Below, in pieces: positions 26,554 to 40,200 of a DNA stretch of 64,000 nucleotides. Position numbers and translations under genes: made by a program. Source of the DNA: Botryllus schlosseri. Lineage: Eukaryota. The stretch's first letter is position 1; every line of letters begins with the position of its first letter. The notes under the pieces are model-generated. The model did not search any database. It worked only from the letters and a program-made list of their open reading frames with translations, and was not told the origin of the DNA. The stretch spans positions 9,486,001-9,550,000 of the forward strand of contig CM119384.1 in assembly GCA_051294905.1 (NCBI GenBank), written 5' to 3'.

Positions 26554-27573
26554 TTATAAGTCAATTGCGGTTAATTGGTACCGCATCTGCCATGTGCAAT
26601 GTGCATTATGTACACATTCGAAGGTTTGTGCTACATGTGTCGAATGAGGATGGCGACAATCGAGCTATCAGGTATGGCACAGTAGGAAAATACCAAAACA
26701 ATGACTGTCGTAGGAACAAAATAACTCTCAGTGGCAAAGGGCGTGTAATTACCGACTTTACGGTAGTTGAACACATCGACTTTCACTACTCGCCTCCAAT
26801 CATGCAAATGCATATAGTCGATATTGATTATAGTAATAGAATCGTTTTGTCTAGCTCATATTCGCTGCATGATCGCCTGTCTAAGTGTCCGTACGACTTA
26901 CATTTCGGAACTGTACCTGGATCGTGAGTTTATGTTCACAATGAACTTCTATCGGTCGGTTCGCGTTATAATTAGGTTGGGTACCACTGTTGCATGGAAC
27001 TTATTTGATATTTTCGACACACACTTTCTAATTCCAAATCATTAATTCACAACATCCCTCCAATTACATACTTTCCTATCATTCGCCCTTTCGCTATCTT
27101 AGATGACAGCCACGAATATCACTAGTAAACCAACGGGTTACGTTTTCATTCCTATAAGAAGAGAGCCTTACTATACTCGCGTCTCCAAGACTCTGCACTC
27201 TGCAGATCATAGTTTCGATCTACTGACAGATATTCATCAATTGGTAACATAATTCAAAATATACTCCATCCCACGTATTCTAAAATATGCGGTGAAATTC
27301 AAAAACTCAAATTACGAAAATAGCCGATATCGGCTCTTTATGCGTATAGGACGCACCCCATCCGCAGATGTCAAACGCATAAATGCGCTTCTTAAAACGC
27401 GAACAATCACGATCAGCGTCGAAGACAGTAACATAATCGCTCTGTAAATATGGAACAGCATAAATAAAAGTTAGCTAGAGAAGTGAATAAGCAAAATTTA
27501 GAAAAAACGCTTCACGACAAAAGAATGTCCAACATGCAGACGTGCACCTCTGCTATAAATACGATACTACGAC

Positions 27574-28065
27574 TAGGGCTGGGCACAATGATTCGAGTAC
27601 TCGAATCTGAATCGAGTATTAATTTTAATGATTCGAGTCGAGTAGTAAAATACGATTTTTCGAGTACTGAAATTATATGCTACTTGCCACTGATAGTTAA
27701 TTTACTAACGAGAGGAAGCCTTGAAACCTTGATTGGCCGTGTCGCAGCATACCAGACATAGTACAAAAGCTACGAACGTTAGGCCTACTGGAAATAACAC
27801 ATTTCCGAAGTCATGGTCATCCCACAATATTGTCAAAAAGTGCAATGAAATGGGTATGGTCGAAAAAATACCAAAGCATCTTTAATGTGACGGATAACAG
27901 CCATTATGTTCTTTGTGGTGGCATAAAAGGTACATATTTGAACTTCGACATAATACATTATGTTGTGACGTCATAATGAGTGATACTCGATTACTCGACT
28001 CGACTCGAAGCTTATTAGGTGATTCAGAATCGAAACACTCAGGTACTCGATTTTGCCCAGCCCTA
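27574..28065. mobile_element. hAT-type MITE, 55 bp downstream of the TTC34-like stop codon
   Basis: TIR TAGGGCTGGGCA / TGCCCAGCCCTA; perfect 8-bp TSD ACTACGAC (27566-27573, 28066-28073). Confidence 0.92.
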
Positions 28066-28119
28066 ACTACGACAGAGGAACTGGCGGACATTGGTATTGC
28101 TAAATTGCGACAGACACTG

Positions 28120-28262
28120 TCATTGCACTACGCAATATCCGATTTCTTTCCTAGCACGCGCACGCAATTTCTTGAGGTCAATGTTGTTGTTGTCGATCAG
28201 TATCCCGTCCTCGCACAGCTGTAAGCATCGCTGCGACAAGATAGCGACATATTTCATAACAG
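28120..28262 (-). CDS. TTC34: TTC34-like terminal exon 20 (CaaX box)
   Basis: Acceptor AATTCTACAG, phase 1; VMKYVAILSQRCLQLCEDGILIDNNNIDLKKLRARARKEIGYCVVQ, then TGA at 28122-28120. Confidence 0.88.
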
Positions 28263-31200
28263 CTGTAGAATTTTCCGTGCGCATTCAAAGTTTATGACTA
28301 TAACCTAGGTGTTCAGTAGCGCAGTACTTCTACTTTTTCGGAATACGCACGCAAGGTTTTGTCGATACTAGCACTATTTACTCATGCAGTGCTTTCACAC
28401 CTGTTTCAGGAGGTGTAAATGAGTCAAATACACCATTTTAAGTGAAGGTCTTTTGCACCACGTAAGGGATAATTAGCATATACCCAGGATTTCACAGGTA
28501 TTTCTCACACGATAAAACAAACCACATCTCATGGGATGTATCTCCGTAAGGATTCGTGCATTCTACTCGCTCTCGTCCATAGGAATGGGTGTGACAGCGA
28601 AAAGTGGTCACAGAAACAGCCGATTGTTCGACTATTTATCTCTCTGTATTATAGTGGAATGTGGTAAACACACCTATTTCGCATCCATGTATTTACAGTC
28701 TGGTAGATTATATACTACAGCAGATTGAAACTCAATCGTTACCTCGAAATCGTGACGGGTAAATTCGTTCAACGCCTGTCTCTGGAACACCCGACTCAAT
28801 GGAGCCAGACCCGGTTTGGCGTGAATAAGCAGAGTCGCTTGCTTGCTGTAGATAGAACGAGCGATTCAAGTATACGGCGCGAACCTCGATAAATTCAGTC
28901 GTGACCCACCAGTTAATCTTCAACGCGCGACTGTAATCGGAGCAAGCTTCCTTGTCCCGATTGTCCATCAAGTGGACATGACCTCTCGCGCAGTAGTCCA
29001 TCGCGCATGCGCCAGCTCCGGCTTCCTTGATAACGGTCGCCATGTCGTCCATGGCTTGCCTGAAAATTGACAGGTTACGTTCTCGGACCGCGGTTTAAGG
29101 CTCGCAACTCTTTGCGTTACGACAGCATGGCAAGATAACACTATACAGATGGCCAGTAATGAAGCACTTCTACTTTTTAAGAGTATTCAAGCATAGGTTT
29201 CGCCTACTTGCGCTATATTTACCCAAGTGGTTGTGTCTTTGAACCAGGGGCGGGCAACCATATTTCGGCCGAAGGGCCACACGAGATTTACGAAGCATTG
29301 CGCGGGCCACTTGAATGCTGATAACCTTTTTAGTTGTCCAATTGGAGCCAACCAGAATAGATAACGTTGAAAACAATACTTATATTACTACGCATCAAAA
29401 TCGATGACAATTTAATCATGGAAACTCTGCGTGCATTCAAGATCTAATCGCACCAACCGCGAAGTTTTTGAAAGTTAATGAATGAATTCGGTCAATAATA
29501 TTGTTACTTGCATATATTGCGGGTCGCCTCTGCATACCGCTGGGCTCATTTGGCAAAGACAGGATTATTTGGCGCTTAGAAATATCAATATCGAAGATTT
29601 CGGCGAAATGTGACTATGACCCTGGGTCGGAACTGATTTTTTCGTCATCAACATCCTAAATTTTATCAACTTTTTGATTCGCCTTGCAAGTTCACAATAA
29701 AGTACCTGGGTACTTTTTTGATATTACAACTAATTTCGAAAATTACCTCGTAGGCCACTTAAAACCGCTGGCCAGGGGTTGGCCGCCCCTCTTTTAGACT
29801 TTTATTGCCACTTTACTGAGCAGTTTGGAAAAACTATTAATTACTTTTATTATATGGATATTGAAAAGTAAGAAGTAGTTTTGGGATAAGTATATGTATT
29901 ACTTTTAGGAATGAAATTGTCACAAGAACTACATGCAATATCCCTTTGGTAACTGAATATATTATTGAATATTCTATCTTTGTGCATAGTGATATCAGTC
30001 ATTTTGCGTTATTTGCGAAGAAGTACCGGCAATTTCAAGAGCAGCCGGCTCTGACTAACCAAATCTACTTTTTAAAACTTACTTGAGTTCTCGTCATATC
30101 TTCATTTTCGACTTCCATTCGAAGTAATTTTGACATGCCATGGAATTCACTGTACTTGTACTATTAATCAGGGTCACGTCAGAGTCAGAGGAAAAGTACC
30201 CGTGCTTGCAGCACTGCATATTTTAGTTGCGTCACCCTTTATTGACATTTTCGCCCACCCCCCGATTTCATCGCGTTCAACTTCGCGACTGTATGTCGAA
30301 TGGTGACTCACTTGTTATTCTTCAACTTCATAAAGCACAACGCTCTCTGTCGCAACTTTTCGAGTCTTTTGTGGTCGCTCGCCACAAGACTTAGTCCAAG
30401 GTACTCGACTGCTTTTCGGAAATCGTCCTCTTCGCACATGATACCAGCGTTCACGTGACACTCCTGCCGGGGAAAAAAAGCGGAATCGTGGCAGAGAGTC
30501 GACAAGACGAATAACGGTTCGATGCCGGAGACCTGACTCCAAAGTCGTTGAAACTAAACTTATTGTATTGACATATTGTATTTGTTTTCCACCTATATTT
30601 TAAGCAGTGTTGAATGCCATAAAGATCCATATACTTCTAGCCTAGTGGAAATTTCGGACATTAAAACCACTAACCACTTGGGAACAGCAATGGGTATTAT
30701 TCGAGCGCTTCTCAGGTATAGCGCAAGCATGCGCATCTGACCTAGAATACGGTGAGGTTATAACTATTGATTAGAGGTGGTCAGTAACGAAGTAATTCGA
30801 CTTGTTCAGAGTACTCAAGGAAGGTTTTGCCAATACTTTCAATACTTAGTTTTAGTGACCATGTTCGTGAACTAATCCAACTGCTCTCAAACCAGCGCTT
30901 ACCCAACCCAGTATATGCCACCCTCGATCAAATGTATTCTTTCAAACTACTTAGTCGATTACTTTTCAAACACGTCATTTTGTACTGCCACTTGAAGTAG
31001 TTTTCACATGTCTTGAAGATCGCTGCTTATATTTCTACTCGAGTGGAGACGTTTGATGCCTAATTTTCCAAAATGCTGATAGTGGACGCACACTACAGTC
31101 AGTCACATAATCTTAATTTTGACTATCAATGTCGGCACGCCAATTCAGCGAGATATAAGACTACATAGCAGAAATATACTGGCTATCCTCAAAACACTCT

Positions 31201-34200
31201 CGAGATAAGTGAACGGGATATCTTGCGGACCAAGTAACAGCCCAAAAAGTGCATGAAAATAGAAGCGGTATGCGATACCTCAGACAGCCTGCGCCGCACG
31301 GTCGAGTCCAGAGACTTCAAAACGTACAGGAGCAAAACCCAGTCGACATCGACCAAGGAGCTGAGCAAGCCGGCCGAATCCTCGTACCGATTCTGCTTCG
31401 CGCATATCAGCCCCGCCCTCGCCACGGCGGTGACGTCATTCGGCGACAACTCCATCACGATTTCCAGATGACGCAAGCCTTCCTCAAACTCACCTGCGCA
31501 AAGTTAATTGAACTATTAAATAACCTAAGTTAATTACCGAGATGATCACAGTAACGAAGTATGCCTCTACTTTGTCAGCGTGCTCAAGATGTTCTACTTA
31601 TACAGCTTACTCAAGTCGCTATGTTTATAGAATACTTCCAATTCTACGGGACAATTTGTTAGGGCGGAACTGGCTACTTTCCCCACTTTTCGTTTTGGAC
31701 ATGGGCGATCAGTAGTGAAGTATTTCTATCTTGTCGGCGTACTCAAGTAAGTTTTACCCATGTAAGTTAAAAAGTAAGTGTTCTAGAGCTATAGTTTCGG
31801 CTGAAAAGTCGGGATCTGTTATGTAGAATTGTCTAAAATCACACAAATTGATTTTAGACAATTCTGCACAACAGTTTCCGAGTTTTTAGACGAAATTATA
31901 GCTCTAAAAAACTTACTTTTTTACTTACATAGTAGTATAGCAAAAGTATTTCGTATCTGGCGACCGCTTCCTTCGTTTGGATAGAAATTTACGTTACAAA
32001 ATAATTTCAACTTCTACTTAGGTAGCAATGCCGACCACCAGAGGTGGTCAAAGTAGTCACCGTCGTTACTCAAGTAGAAGTAGAAGTAACGGCGGAATTT
32101 CTACTCAAGTAGAAGTAGGAGTGGTGGTTCACAAGTAAGTAAGTAAGTAGGTATTCTACGCTTATTTTTGCCTACAAAACTGAAAACTGTCAAGTAGAAG
32201 TAGAAGTAGTCTGAAATCATAACTACTTAAAAAGTAGTGTGAGTAGGAAAAATCTACTTCAAGTACTTCAAAAAGTAGAAGTACTTCGTTACTGACCACC
32301 TCTGCCGACCACTCTGAAGACATCTGGGTAATAATACAGAATCCTCGCACAGCCCCGATGCAACATCTCGCTTACCTTTCAATATAAATATATCGGCGTA
32401 CATCCCGTGCCGCAAAGGGTTGCCGGGGTCGACCGCGATCAGCAACTTGCCGATCATTTGCGCACGCAGCAACCGTTCGGTCCTCTCGACGCCGCCGATC
32501 ACGTCGTCGCACGAGAGAGAAGTCTGCGTGCTGAACGTGGCACCCGACATGCTGCTGCCGTGGCTGGACGAAGCCGTGCTGTCGAGCTCTTCGGAGCCTT
32601 GACGAAATTCTCTCAGGGACGGCTTTACTTTACGAGGCCCCGCCGAGGATCTGGAAAAAACGCGGGGGTCGGTGTTAGTGTAAACAGAGGTGGTCAGTAA
32701 CGGAGTGCTCAAGTTGGTCTCTTTGCATTACTTATCAAAGGAGGTCAGAGTATTCATATTTCGTACTCAAATAGAAGTAGAACTAACGAAACAAATATCT
32801 ACTGAAGTGCACGTAAAAGTAGCGATTTTCAGATAAGTAAAAATGAAAGTATTCTACTGTCTCATGAACCCAGGAAGAGTATGGCCGCCAGGCCTTCATA
32901 TTCCGACCCCGGGTATGCGGCCCGTAATTCAAGGCCGTTCTCTCCAGGCACAAGTATGGTGGCGATAAGGGTAAGCGGCCACAGACGCCCCCTTTTCAAA
33001 GCCTACTTGTGGCAGCCGCATGCACCTTCAGCTGAGACGGAAAAAGAAAGGGAAAATGCGAGCAACCGCGACGGAGAATCTGTGTCCCATGACACAGAGG
33101 ACCCAATATGGGGGGAGGTTTTCTGCGGTTCCTCCGGGCCCCTTAAAAAAAAGTATTCTAGGTCTTAGTTTTGTCTAAAAAAACTGAAAGCTGGTAATTA
33201 GAAGTAGAAGTAATCTACATTTATAACCAGTTGAGTTAGTTGTGCTAGTAGGCAAAACATATTCGAGAAATCCAAAAAATTAGAGCTACTTCCATACTGG
33301 CCGCATATACTTAACAGTATAACATAGCAAACTCCTTACTTTTCGCATTATGGAGTTTGTACGGTATAAAGTAGTTTGGAATGTTTTCCGTTGTGAGTGA
33401 AATTGTCATGCCAAGTGGATGGAATATAGCGCTTGCGTCACGGTAACTGAATTTAATTTTGTAAATCCGCCAGTTTGTAGTGTCATTTATCATTTTGCAT
33501 CAGTCACGAAAACGCATCCTTCAATTACAGAGATGTCACCTTTAATTAGCTGCCAGAATCGACGACCCCTCAACCAAATCAAGTCTTTAAAACTATTTCT
33601 CTAATTCTTTACATACCTCCGTATTCTACTTCAATTTGAGCAGTTTGGACGTGTCTCGGATATCAATACTTCTACTTGTGTTTATATTCACGAGGTTCTT
33701 TTTACTTCTACTTGAGTACCAACGATAACTGGTTTGATTGTCTCTAGTGGTAAAGAGCGTTTCGCGTTGTTTTAACATACTTGTGAAAACCGCGCCGTTT
33801 TCGTTTCATCGTGTTCTCGGACGTGGATGAAAAGGACGTTGTGTTCCTGCTATGATTGGAATAGGAACTGAACACGCTCATAGCTTCCATGCTCGTGTTT
33901 TCGCTTTTAGTGGGACTAGATGCTGCGTTCTGCGGCGAGCTTCCGTCAAAAGGCGATGCCGCATCGCTCTATATAGATAGAGAAGTATATGTTCATTTCT
34001 GTAACGTTCTACAACTGTATTTTGAACCGACCGATTCCGGGCGGTCACGCGCGGCGTAGAACTTCATATCTGCGGACGAGGTCGAGACGTCCGAATACGG
34101 AGACGCCGCTTCTGGAGAAACCGGAGTCGTTTCCGAAGACGAGTCGGATGACGGCGAAGGGGTATGGCCGAAAAGCTTCGCGGTTTCCACGGTGATGCTG

Positions 34201-37200
34201 GATTGTAAAACGAGATTTTTTTAACCGAAATTGTTGTATCCGACAAAGGAGATAAAATCACTATCAGTGGGGTACCAAGAGGGGAAGATCTTGAAATTAT
34301 GGGGTGTGGCGATGTGACGTCATAATCGCTTATTTCGTCACCCCGCAACTGTGACGAGACTTGGTCGTCGCCCATTTCCGCCTCATCCAAATTTTGATAC
34401 TGATTGCGTCCAGGGGTGGTCAGTAAATCTTGTGAAGTAGAAAATGGTTGTATTGCATCACCTTTACGAGCGAAATTGTCATACCAACTGGGAAAAACAG
34501 CCCATGTACGACGTAACACGGTAACTGAATTTATTTCGAAAATTGCACCAATTTATAGTTGCGTTAATCATTTTGTGTTACACGCGAAGATTAACCCTCT
34601 AATTTCACCACCGATTAACTGCTAAAAGTATACGAACCCGCGACCAAATCTACTTTTTATAACTATGCACCTATTTGAGTACTTTCCAGGGCCGTATTTT
34701 CTATTCCCGCTAGAAGTTTTGACGTGTCTATAAATCTACACGTCTACTTGTACTTGAGTAACAACGTTGACATCTTTGACCAATGACCACCTCTTGTCGC
34801 ATGGGTTTGTAGCAGGGATATCTAAAACTCCGGTTTGTAGATTCGTCCCGCCTGGAGCCTACTCATTCAGTATACGTGAACATCGCCGTGGAAACGCGGC
34901 ACCGTCGATTACGTCATCGCATACCTTATCGAAGACTCCCTTCTCCCATTCAGCATCAATCCATCTCTCGAGCCGTACGCCAGTAACAGAGAAAGTACAT
35001 GCTGATCTGCCCGCGAAAAAGCAAACATTAAACATCATTTCACAAGCCGCAGCAGTTCAGGCGCAGTGACTAACCCAACCAATGAAGCAGGATTCGCTTT
35101 GCATCCTGCGGCAGCATGCCGATATGCGCTGTCACTGTGGGCGTGGCAACTCCGCAGGCTTGCACAATATCATTGACACACCCGTGTTCGTCACCAAGGG
35201 CTAATCTCATGAAGGCCCTTCCGCATAGCGCGTCTACACTTACAGGGTTGACCTGATAAAAACGGATGATTGATACCGTTCTGGAATCGTACCTAACGAT
35301 GTAGATTTACCTCCAGCGCGGAGGTGAAATCGCGGATAGCGTTGCCTTGATCGCCCAGATGAGCGTGGCATTCAGCTCGGGCCAAATACGATTTGCATAG
35401 ACCGTGTGAAAATAGGACTTCTGAAAAGATAATAAATTTCACAATCTTAGACAACGATGAGAGCACTTGGTAGCTAAAGTATTAGGTCTTCGTAAGTACA
35501 CAAGCTGACGCAGACGTAATTCTGTGAATTTCCACTTACTACAAGTAGAAATGAAGATTGCCAAGATCTGTCAAAAGTTTTGACTTCTTGACTCAAAATT
35601 ACTGCAAGCGGAAGTAGAAAATCAAAGATTCGAAAACTACGCAAGAGAGTATTCAAAACGTAGAGACGGGTACTTTCCAAATTGCGAAATCCACATTTGC
35701 GACAATGTCGCTTATACAAATAGGCGCTATTTTCGTATAGTCAGTTTCCGTGATACAGGGGATATATATGACCCGATTACTATACAGAGGGGCTTCTTAA
35801 AGTATGGGTCGCGACCGCCCCAAAGCGATTGCTAAATTTCTTGCAACAAAAAATACTTCGCGCATGGTTTGTACGTACAAGGTCACTGTGTTGGGAAAAC
35901 TATATAGACAATAAGCAACAGAAAATTGATTACTACAGTGGCTTGATCATGAAAATGTGCCGACCTTTATATTACACAAATTGGTTTGATGTCTTGATAA
36001 GATTTGTCTGACATTGGTATCTCTGGAAAGGTCAAAGTTGCGCAGATAACACTCGGTCAGGGTAGAAGTATAGGGAAAGGGTGGAGGTAACTGTCGCATC
36101 CGATAATTTTTTTTAATACGTATAATTTATATACATGAATCAACTTTATTGGCAATTGTGAAATAGCGGTATATTCCTACTGTCGCTTAACGCCGCCCGA
36201 TACAGTTGCGGTGATTTAGTCAAGGGGTGTGTAACAGTATTTCGAGGCCGCATTTTCCGCTCGCGTCGGATCAAACGAAGACATGAAATTTTTGCCTACA
36301 GGTGGATGGGTTACATTATGCGGTGCCAAAATACTCGGATAAATGCGATAACACCTTGACCCATATTGGTGTGTTCGGTATTAGAAATGGTCGACACCAA
36401 ATAGGTCGACCTTGCAATCTGAGCCCCGCAGTACAAATGTGGCCCGCATAGGAAAATAATGCACCCCATTTTGAAATCGCGTGCGTCACACATGTTTCAT
36501 AGAACCACATTGCGTACATCTGGTTGTCTGCGCCTTCTCTATTTCATACATGCCCGACGCCCGTAAATAGGTAGCATACTGACATTAAAAATGCATTCAT
36601 GTCGATGTGTGAGGCTTCGGTCGCGAGATGGAATAAAACTCAGATTTGGGTTGTGGTTAAAAATGTTTAGGAACCACTGTTATGCAGTTTTACTCATAAC
36701 AGTGACACAAACTTATCCAAAACTACTTTCTACTTTTCGAAATCAGCGGTGGTCAAAGTAGTCATTGTTGGTACTGAAGTAACGTCGTTAATTTCTACTC
36801 CAATACAGGTAGAAGTAGCAATTTACAAGTAAGTGTTATAAGCCTAGTTTTGCCGACAAACGGAAAACTGTTACGCGTGGAATTTTAAGCCACAAAAGCA
36901 TTCACATTTATCGGGGATTTACGCGGATTTCTGAATAGGAATTACATTCAATCCTATTTTGCATCAACAACCTTCGCCAGCTGTTGGGCGGAAATCCTTT
37001 GTCGTGTACAGCAACTCGACAATTTGCGCGTTGACTTTATCTATAACTATATGCGTATCGCGGTGCTGCACGCCACAGGCTATTACGGTCCGTAATCGGA
37101 AAGCGGTATCAAAATATTTTGTACCCACGCGGCGAGAGATTCCGAGAAGCGGCGCACAGTTGCTGTGCCGCAGTTTCGGAAGCGAATTTACATAGCATTT

Positions 37201-40200
37201 ACATACGAAAGCGCGCGAGGTAACGTAAATATTGTGGAGATACGACCGATCCTGGCGATTTCGCTTGGCAGCAATTATTTGAACTCTTTGCGGCGGACGT
37301 AAACTTGAATTTTAAAACGAAAAATTGTCTCGTACGTTGATTGCCGCGAGTTGATGACTAACGAAATATTTATATTTTTACTCTATCTGCTGCTTCTACT
37401 CTTTGAAGTATTCGAGTAAATATCCTTTAAATAACTTCCACCTAAGTGTTTTGACTAGGGTTGCATTTAAAACAAATGGTTGTTTAAAACACTTTGTTTA
37501 AAACATTAAACAGTGCTTTTTAAGTTGTATAATTATGCCATAATTGCGTAAATACTTTCCAAAAAACATGTTGTATGAGCCTACGGACGACTACCACCCT
37601 TTATATAGCCGACGCATACGATATGGGATGGTGTGAACCCTCAAAATAGTCGGTTCAACAACTATATAAGTACGTAAATATTTCGTCAAAGGAGCTTTGT
37701 TTACCCTATATTGTCCATGGTCAATGTCAATCAACTATGACGTCACAATTGAATATTAAGAAATGACGCGCAGCCGCGACAGCCGGAGCGTGAAGGTCCT
37801 GTGGAAATTTCAATGAATTGCTGCTCCATTACGGTGGCGTTCTGAAGAAAATGGCTGCGGCCAATTTGTTTTTCGTTCTGCCCTTCAATTTGAGACCACA
37901 TCAGTTTTAGAGCGCAGTGCCCCTTCAAATTGAAGGTAAAGTAGGCCTACTCTAGAATAATGGAACCACTTGAGTAGGTTATGCATATAATTATAGTGTT
38001 GAGTACTTCAAAAAGTAAAAGTACTTCGTTACTGCCCAGTGACCACCTCAGACCATTAATGTACAAACGGCCGGACCGAGCGCCTAAATTATGATCGTAA
38101 GGAATTCGTTACAGATGTTACATGTTTCGAATATATTCAGTTTCGAATTCGAGAAACATCACATACAAGAGCACCGATCCACATTGATTGTTAATGATGT
38201 CGTAAACCGTTGTCACCTGAGGAATTGGTGGGCCCCGCCAGACAGCATAGAACGGCTATCGTGAAGCAATGGATCGCCCTTCGCACGGAGCCGTCGTCTC
38301 GCTTCGTTCGAAGCATTGTGACGGCATAGCCGTGGATGGAAGAATACAAGAACGTCCGCTGCGAGGGCGGTATCTCTTGCAGAAAGTTAGAAACCATTTC
38401 CTCGCCGCCGACTTGCACCACCTTCAAGAGCAATGCGAATAGGCTGTTATCCGCGTCAAAGGGATGGGCAGATGTGGTCAAAGTAGTTAACTTAGGTCCC
38501 GTACTCAAGTAGATGTAATGCAGGAAAATTCTGCTCAATTACAACTAGAAGTAGCGATGTCCAAGACATGTCAAATCATAGTGAAGTAGAAATAGAAATG
38601 AAGGTCTGAAAATATCTCTCAAGTAAGTATTTTTACACATTTTTAGCAGTGAGTCGGAGGCGGCTACATATTAAATTGCAGGATGCATGCACGTTGTACC
38701 TAATGATTTATGATACTTCAAACAGGTGCAATCTGCGGCAATGCATCCAGTCACAGTGATGCATGGTTTATTTCACCCAGTTTATACCATAGTTTCACCT
38801 ATAAAAGTATTGCACACTTATCGCAAAACTACCTTCTATTTTTCATAATTCATAGCATGAAAAGTAAGTAATTTCGCCTCCAAATGTTAAAACTGGCAGC
38901 GGACACCGAAAAACATAGCAACTAGGGTGAATAGTGCAAGTGTGCAAAATCTACTTAAGTACTCCGAAAAGGTACAATTACTTCGACACAGACCACCTCT
39001 GGAGATGGATTTATCTGAGCGTCGATTGTGTGCATATTTTAACTATAGTCACAAGTCACAACGCTGAAGAATAGATACTTCAACTTAGCGATGTAAGTTT
39101 AGTAAACTAGTGTTCATTTATTTCATCACAATATTTTCCTGCGAATGACAACGCCAATCGTTGGTTCCTGCGATTGTCGCTATAGCAGCATAGTTTACCA
39201 TGACTTATTTTCTGAAGCCCGCAAGGCTATAGGAAAATCTCTATACCTAGTCTATACCTTGGTCAAGTATGCAATCCCTGTCTCCGCATCTTTCATCAAA
39301 ATCAACAACAATCCGAGATGCAGCTTTACGATATGATTGTCGGAATTCTGCAAGGACAGTAATAAACGAACTTACGTTACACAGCCCTACACTATTCAAA
39401 TCGCGATTGAGAGAGATGTCCTCTAACCTCTGGATTGTTGTCAAGCAGTCTTTTCAGGGTGACCTCGGCGTCATCGTAGCTACCAATGTAATAGAACGCA
39501 TGTGCTTTGAGAATATGCGCGGCTCGGTCCTTACTGTTGAGCTTGGTCAGTAATTGACTGATGGAGAGAGCCATTGAACCTGCGTTTGTGTCCGGGCTGG
39601 CGTTGCCTGAGAGATTTAAAAGAAAATCCCGTTTACTGACATTTCACACACGAAAGTAATTGCCCCAAACGAATTTATACTTTTCAAAATTTTAAGTTGA
39701 ATAGTATATTCATATTGAAATGAACCCGAATATTTTCGGCTGACACTCGTCAGGGGTAATCGTCAGCAACTAGTAGAGAATTGGAAATAACATTGTATAT
39801 CAACAATCGTGACGTCATATTTTGCGATACGATTGTTGATATACAATGTTCTTTCCAATTCTCTACTAGTTGCTGACGATTACCCCTGACGAGTGTCAGC
39901 CGAAAATATTCGGGTTCATTTCAATATGAATATACTATTAAATTGTATATTGAAGTTCTGTACCTCCAAGAAGCTCTTAAAATCTTAAATGCAAAAAGTA
40001 AGCAGTTTTGTGTCAAAGCAGCGGTAATAGTCAAAATAACACTGGTTCGCAGTGGTTCTCTCTCTCTCAGTGGTGCCGGTCCGTAGCAAGTTTACTGCTG
40101 GTCCGCCAAATATATTTGAATTTATATCTCAATTCCAAACTGCACGAAGTTGAACCCTTACCTAATAATTCGACAAACAAAAGATTCCATTTTATGTTTA

